From: Candidatus Hydrogenedentota bacterium
GTDB taxonomy: Bacteria; Hydrogenedentota; Hydrogenedentia; Hydrogenedentales; CAITNO01
DNA: 64,000 bases
Direction of reading: 5' to 3'
NCBI GenBank assembly: GCA_012730045.1
Contig: JAAYBR010000100.1
Coordinates: 34,100 to 98,099 of the forward strand
In this document: one piece after another, positions 58,892-64,000 of the stretch
Numbering within the stretch: position 1 is the stretch's first letter
How the letters are laid out: each line of letters opens with the position of its first letter
Made by a program: the position numbers and the translations under genes
The notes under the pieces: generated by a model
Told to the model about the DNA's origin: nothing
The model's database searches: none
The model's input: the letters and a program-made list of their open reading frames with translations, nothing else

Positions 58892-60187
58892 ATGGAGATG
58901 AACCGCCGCTCGTTTGTGAAGACCGCCGTGGCCGGAACCGCGGCGGGAATGTTCGCCGTGGACGCCCTCGGGGCCAATGAGCGGGTGCGCCTCGGCGTGC
59001 TCGGCACGGGCAACCGGGGCGGCCAGCTCATTGACATGATTCTGAAGCACCCGAACGCCGAGATTGTGGCGCTGTGCGATGTCTACCATCCGCATCTGGA
59101 CAAGGCCCGTGCGCGGCTGGATGGCAGGCCCGACGTGTTCACGGACTACCGGAAGCTGCTGGAGCGGAAGGATATAGACGCGGTCTTTGTGGCGACGCCC
59201 GACCATTGGCACGCCCTCCAGTGCGTGGACGCCTGCGAGGCGGGTAAGGATGTCTACGTCGAGAAGCCCCTGTCCGTCACCATCCACGAGGGGCGGCGCA
59301 TGGTCGAGGCCGCGCGCCGGACGAACCGGGTGGTCCAGGTCGGTGTGCAGCGCCGGTCCAGCCTCATGTATGCCGACCTGGCGCAGAAGGTGAAGGACGG
59401 GCTGATCGGCAAGGTGACCGTCGCCCGGACCTACCGCCTGTCCAACATGTGGCCCGCCGGCATGGGGAAGGGACAGGACGCCGACCCGCCCGCGGACCTC
59501 AACTGGGACCTGTGGCTCGGGCCCCGGCCCCTGCGCCCCTTCCGCGACACCATCGCCCCCTACAAGTTCCGTTGGTGGGGCGCCTACTCCTCCCAGATCG
59601 CCAACTGGGGCATTCACTTCATTGACTCCCTCCGCTGGATGCTCGGCGAGGAGGCCCCCGACGCCGTTGTGTCCCTTGGCGGCCGCTTCGCCGTGGACGA
59701 CGACCGCGACATCCCGGACACCATGGAGACGACCTTTCAGCTCCCCGGCGGCTGCCTGCTGATCTTCGGCCAGTACGAGGCCAACCAGAACAACCCGCTC
59801 AAGCGCGGGCATTTCGAGCTGCGCGGCACCAACGGCACCCTCTACATCGAGGACGGCGGCTACGAGATCGTGCCGGAGAAGGGCGGCCAGTTCCAGGACC
59901 CGAAGCCGCGCATGGAGGCCGTCACGCAGAAGAACCCGCTGGACCCCGCCGGGGACTTCACCATCGCCCACATCGGGAACTTCCTCGACTGCATAAAGAC
60001 CCGCGCGCTGCCCCTCGCCGATGTGGAGGTCGGCCACCGCTCCACCACCTTCTCCCACCTCGGGAACATCGCCCTCGCCACCGAGTCCCTCCTCAAGTGG
60101 GACGCGAAGGCGGAGCGGGTCACCAACAACGAGGCGGCCAACGGGCTGCTTCATTACGAATACCGCGAGCCGTGGAAACTGGGGTGA
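58892..60187 (+). CDS. Tat-exported Gfo/Idh/MocA oxidoreductase
   Basis: NRRSFVK, GVLGTGNRG, ATPDHWHA, DVYVEKP, LNWDLWLGP, NWGIHFID. Confidence 0.93.
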   Translation: MEMNRRSFVKTAVAGTAAGMFAVDALGANERVRLGVLGTGNRGGQLIDMILKHPNAEIVALCDVYHPHLDKARARLDGRPDVFTDYRKLLERKDIDAVFVATPDHWHALQCVDACEAGKDVYVEKPLSVTIHEGRRMVEAARRTNRVVQVGVQRRSSLMYADLAQKVKDGLIGKVTVARTYRLSNMWPAGMGKGQDADPPADLNWDLWLGPRPLRPFRDTIAPYKFRWWGAYSSQIANWGIHFIDSLRWMLGEEAPDAVVSLGGRFAVDDDRDIPDTMETTFQLPGGCLLIFGQYEANQNNPLKRGHFELRGTNGTLYIEDGGYEIVPEKGGQFQDPKPRMEAVTQKNPLDPAGDFTIAHIGNFLDCIKTRALPLADVEVGHRSTTFSHLGNIALATESLLKWDAKAERVTNNEAANGLLHYEYREPWKLG

Positions 60188-60228
60188 GCGCGCCGGGAGC
60201 GGTTCCCTTCACACAATGGGGACACACG

Positions 60229-62148
60229 ATGAGAAACGGCCTGGCTTCAGCGGCATGGATCCTTGCCTGCGCGTTTGCGCTGGCCGCCAACGGCGAGGGG
60301 CTGCGCGTTGAGGCGGTCCCCGCCGCCGGAGGGCATGTCTGCAAGGTCACCGACGGGCAGGGGGACGCCTTCCTGCCGGTTGCGGGGGAGGGGCTGCGGG
60401 TGCTTCAGCCGGCCGGGGAGACGCTCGTTTCCTTTTCCAGTGTGAAGGAGGACTCCGGCGGCAGTTGGCAGTTCGCAGACGGCAGGATTCCGGGGCTCGT
60501 GCTCACCGACGCCTACCGCGCCCTGGGCCCGGAGCTTCTGGAGCGGGTGGTGACCGTGACCGCTGAAAGCGACCAGCGGTATTTCCTGGACCTGGGATGG
60601 CGCTGCCCCCGGAAAGGCGTCATGCACTCCTTCACCGGCCCCGAGGAGAAGGCTGCGTCCTACACCCCCGGATGCGGCGGCCCCGAATTCGGCGGCGGGT
60701 CCCTCCAGACCTTTCCCTTCCTCGGCCTGCTGTCCGAAGGGCGGCTGTACGGCGTCATCGGCGACACGCCGGGGCTGTGGGAAAACCGGTCCTTCATGGC
60801 CTTCGACCCGGCGTCGGGCGCCCTGTCCCTGACCAACGGCGACGGCTCCCCGAAGCGGGTCATCGCCATTCCGACGAACGTGGACGCAACCACGGTCTAC
60901 CGGGCGCGGTTCGACGGGTGGCAGCACATCGAGGCGGGGGAGACGCAGACCTTCACCACCTGGATTTTCGCGTCCCCCGCGAGGACGCAGTACGACGTCC
61001 AGCTGGCGGCCCATCTGGCGCTGGCCAACGCCAGGGGGTTCAGCGGGTCCGCCGTCGAGGCCATCCTGCGCAACACCTCCTACCTGCTGCTGCGCCGCAA
61101 CCTCCTCCGCCCCGAAAGCGACTACCTGTTCATCTCAGGGGTCGGCTACGGCTGGAAGCAGTGGGTGTCCGACGGGTTCTGGATGAGCCGCGGGCTCGAC
61201 GACCCGCGCTACGACGCCGAGGCGCAGGCCGCCGTCTTCTACGAGCGCATCCACTACGAGGACAACGCCCAGTACTATCTCATCTGGTCCGCCCTCGTGA
61301 AGCGGGCGGGCGGGACGGTGGACATGCGCACCGTGGACCGGGCCTACCAGTTCATCCGCGAACACGAGGTGGACGGTCTCTACCGTCCCCCCCGGCTGAC
61401 GGCCAACTCCATCATCATGCGCACCTACCACGACCAGCTCCCCTACGAGGACGGGGATGCGCAGTCGTCGAACCAGGGGTTCCACTGCGGCGCGCTGATG
61501 GCCGCCCGCGAGCTGGGATACCCCGTGACGGAGGAGGACATCCAGAGGGCCAAGGACGGATACGCCCGGATATTTAACCGGGAGGGCGGCTACATGGCCA
61601 CCAGCCTGATGCAGCAGGACCATGTCGGGCAGGACGGGTTCTACGGCGCCATGCTCACCTACTGCGTCTTCGGCGAGAAGACGCTCCCCGACGACCTGGT
61701 GCGCACCCACCTCGAGACCACCATGCGCATCCAGTCCCCCCACGGGATGCGGGTCATCTCCAATGCCGACGGCAGCCTGCTGGAGGGGCACACGGGCGTC
61801 TACACCCACGGCGGGTCGTGGTTCCTCAACGACGCGGCGAACTACCTCGCCGGGCTGATCCACGGCATGGATCCCGCCTGGGTGGACGAAAAGCTCCTCT
61901 GGCGCCTGGAGAAGGAGCTCGCCTTCATGCCCGCCTTCCACGAGTCCATCAGCACGGTCCACGGCAAGCCCCACGGCCACCACCTCTACTCCTGGAACTC
62001 CGGATTCTGGTGGCTCCGCCGCGAAACGCGCGCACGGATGGGCATGGACGGCCCCGACCCGCTCTACGCCGCCCTCGACGCCAAACTGGGCGTCAACAGG
62101 GAAGGGGAGGCCCTGGTCTTCACTCCCGGAAACCGCACCTATCCCTGA
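60229..62148 (+). CDS. secreted hypothetical protein, probable beta-sandwich plus (alpha/alpha)6 glycosidase-like fold
   Basis: Signal peptide; C-terminal half has W..D (QWVSD), SSNQG and YTHGGSW motifs reminiscent of six-hairpin glycosidases. Confidence 0.55.
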   Translation: MRNGLASAAWILACAFALAANGEGLRVEAVPAAGGHVCKVTDGQGDAFLPVAGEGLRVLQPAGETLVSFSSVKEDSGGSWQFADGRIPGLVLTDAYRALGPELLERVVTVTAESDQRYFLDLGWRCPRKGVMHSFTGPEEKAASYTPGCGGPEFGGGSLQTFPFLGLLSEGRLYGVIGDTPGLWENRSFMAFDPASGALSLTNGDGSPKRVIAIPTNVDATTVYRARFDGWQHIEAGETQTFTTWIFASPARTQYDVQLAAHLALANARGFSGSAVEAILRNTSYLLLRRNLLRPESDYLFISGVGYGWKQWVSDGFWMSRGLDDPRYDAEAQAAVFYERIHYEDNAQYYLIWSALVKRAGGTVDMRTVDRAYQFIREHEVDGLYRPPRLTANSIIMRTYHDQLPYEDGDAQSSNQGFHCGALMAARELGYPVTEEDIQRAKDGYARIFNREGGYMATSLMQQDHVGQDGFYGAMLTYCVFGEKTLPDDLVRTHLETTMRIQSPHGMRVISNADGSLLEGHTGVYTHGGSWFLNDAANYLAGLIHGMDPAWVDEKLLWRLEKELAFMPAFHESISTVHGKPHGHHLYSWNSGFWWLRRETRARMGMDGPDPLYAALDAKLGVNREGEALVFTPGNRTYP

Positions 62149-62191
62149 CTGGCGCCCCCAGGAGGGCCGGCCAAACCGTCCCGGCGTCGGT

Positions 62192-62330
62192 CCCTGATCG
62201 CCGGATAAGATGTCGTGAGAACCGAAGCCGAAGCGAGAACGTGATTGCCGCAGTCGCTCCGCTCCTTCGCAATGACGTGTGTTTTTGCGGTCATTGCGAG
62301 GAGGCCGCCCCGGCCGACGCGGCAACCTCT
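62192..62330. repeat. ATCGCCGGATAAG motif plus CGTC-type repeat doublet
   Basis: atcgccggataagatgtcgtgaga (from 62197), gtgattgccgcagtcgctccgctccttcgcaatgac, gtcattgcgaggaggccgccccggccgacgcggcaacctc. Confidence 0.85.
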
Positions 62331-62539
62331 TGTTGGAAAGCCTCAGGTTCTCCGCATGTCACGGGGTGAATGGACACCTTTGCGCCCCGTCGGCGCTTTC
62401 ACCATGAACCCACAAGACGCACGCCCCTCCAGTGCTTTCACGGCCCGGTGCTTGTCCGGCGATCAGGCGCTTTCTTCTTGCTTTTCGGGTTTCGTTTGTT
62501 GAGAATGGTGCTTTCCCCTTTCACTGAAGGAGCCCAACC

Positions 62540-63859
62540 ATGGCAGAGAAACGTCTTCTTTCACGCAGGTCCTTTCTGAAGCGCTCGTCGCTGGCGCTGG
62601 CCCCGGCGGTTTTCCCCGCCATCATCCCCGGCTCCGCGCTGGGGCTGAACGGGGCGGTGGCGCCGAGCAACCGCATCGTCATGGCGTCCATCGGCGTGGG
62701 CGGCCAGGGGTCGTATGACACCAAGGCCCTCATGAGCATCCCGGACGTGCAGTACGCGGCGGTGTGCGACGTGGACCGCAAGCACTGCGCGGCGGCGCGG
62801 GAGATGGTGTCGTCGTTCTACGCGGACAAGAGCCCCGACGGGAAGTTCGACGGCATCCAGGAGCACCACGACTTCCGCGAGGTGATGGCGCGGGATGACA
62901 TTGACGCCGTCATGATCGCGACGCCGGACTTCTGGCACCCCATCGTCAGCGTGGCGGCGGCCGAGGCGGGCAAGGACATCTACTGCGAGAAGCCGCTGGC
63001 GAACTCGATCCCCGAGGGCCGCGCGGTGGTGGACGCGGTGCGGCGGTACCGGCGGGTGTTCCAGACGGGCAGCCACGAGCGCAGCCGCGACAACGCGCGC
63101 TACGCCTGCGAGCTGGTGCGCAACGGCCGCATCGGCAAGCTGCACACGATCTCGGTGAACCTGCCGATTGACAACCACGGCCCCATCGGCAACCAGCCGG
63201 AGATGCCGGTGCCGGAGGAGCTGGACTACAACTTCTGGCTCGGCCCGGCGCGCGAGGCGCCCTACACGGAGAAGCGCTGCCACTTTTACTTCCGCTACAT
63301 CATGGACTACAGCGGCGGCGAGATGACGGACCGGGGCGCGCACATCATTGACCTCGGCCAGCTCGGCAACGGCTCCGACGACACGACCCCCGTCACCGTC
63401 GAGGGCAAAGGCTGGTTCCCAGAGGACGGCCTGTTCAACACGGCGATGGACTACACCTTTCAGTTCGAGTACGCGAACGGCGTGGTGATGAAGGGCGCGT
63501 GCAAGGGTCCGCGCGGCGTCCGCTTCGAGGGCAGCGACGGCTGGGTGTTCATCCATGTCCACGGCGGCAACCTGGAGGCGTCGAACCCGGCGCTGCTCAA
63601 GGAGGTCATCGGGCCGGAGGAGCTCCAGCTCGGCCGCAGCAAGGGCCACCATGTGGACTTCATCGAGTGCGTGAAGACCCGCGGCGAGGCGAAGGCCCCC
63701 GTGGAGGTCGGCCACCACACGGCGACCATGTGCCACATGGCGAACATCGCCATGAAGGTGGGCCGCAAGCTGCGCTGGGACCCCGTCAAGGAGCAGTTCG
63801 ACGACGACACGGCGAACCGCATGATGCACCCCTCCATCCGCGCCCCGTGGCGCATCTGA
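62540..63859 (+). CDS. Tat-exported Gfo/Idh/MocA oxidoreductase
   Basis: SRRSFLK, SIGVGGQG, ATPDFWH, DIYCEKP, LDYNFWLGPA, DRGAHIID. Confidence 0.93.
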   Translation: MAEKRLLSRRSFLKRSSLALAPAVFPAIIPGSALGLNGAVAPSNRIVMASIGVGGQGSYDTKALMSIPDVQYAAVCDVDRKHCAAAREMVSSFYADKSPDGKFDGIQEHHDFREVMARDDIDAVMIATPDFWHPIVSVAAAEAGKDIYCEKPLANSIPEGRAVVDAVRRYRRVFQTGSHERSRDNARYACELVRNGRIGKLHTISVNLPIDNHGPIGNQPEMPVPEELDYNFWLGPAREAPYTEKRCHFYFRYIMDYSGGEMTDRGAHIIDLGQLGNGSDDTTPVTVEGKGWFPEDGLFNTAMDYTFQFEYANGVVMKGACKGPRGVRFEGSDGWVFIHVHGGNLEASNPALLKEVIGPEELQLGRSKGHHVDFIECVKTRGEAKAPVEVGHHTATMCHMANIAMKVGRKLRWDPVKEQFDDDTANRMMHPSIRAPWRI

Positions 63860-63882
63860 CCGCGAAAGCAAAGGGCACTGAC

Positions 63883-64000
63883 ATGAAGAAGACCATGAGA
63901 CTGACGGTTACCGCGGCGCTGCTGGCCGCCGCAGTGTTTGCCGGGGTTGCGTCCGCCGCCCCCTCCCTCGATGAGGCGTTTGACCTGCTGGCCGCCTACC
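63883..64000 (+). CDS. 3'-truncated secreted protein (signal peptide only visible)
   Basis: MKKTMRLTVTAALLAAAVFAGVASA-APSLDEAF; open to the window end. Confidence 0.6.
   Translation, partial: MKKTMRLTVTAALLAAAVFAGVASAAPSLDEAFDLLAAY

Overview
High-GC bacterial chromosomal segment with about 41 credible CDSs. Its gene content (Tat-exported Gfo/Idh/MocA oxidoreductases, sulfatase plus anSME, large minor pilins) resembles Candidatus Hydrogenedentota or PVC-like organisms; that assignment is inference only. From left to right it carries: a partial BACON/Ig-like protein; a glyA-Zn-ribbon-mrp/apbC unit; a pilV/W/X-like operon with a TPR gene; a Tat sulfatase; glgC; an oversized HAD hydrolase with an M28 peptidase; gltA; an ECF sigma/anti-sigma pair; SprT-like, EEP and aminotransferase genes; the CIRCE-hrcA-grpE-dnaK-dnaJ operon; GH88-like, CocE and Gfo genes; an M32 peptidase and anSME; a coiled-coil-MshEN/T2SSE_N protein; an IolE-like/Gfo pair; a PilZ protein; clpP; a nucleotide-sugar/glnE run; a linalool dehydratase-isomerase homologue; and a sugar-use cluster with a frameshifted SSS symporter. 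No rRNA, tRNA, CRISPR array, transposase or integrase was recognised. The strongest leads are: (1) a 1114-aa GHMP-kinase/UDP-sugar-pyrophosphorylase fusion coupled to a GalU-like gene; (2) a secreted LinD homologue retaining both catalytic Cys; (3) systematic avoidance of RTCGAY, visible as Ile-Asp always encoded ATT/ATA-GAC in every case checked; (4) a composite CGTC-palindrome mobile repeat at four loci, one apparently read in frame inside a CDS; (5) a long coiled coil capped with a degenerate MshEN domain. All family calls come from motif recognition by eye, not database searches.
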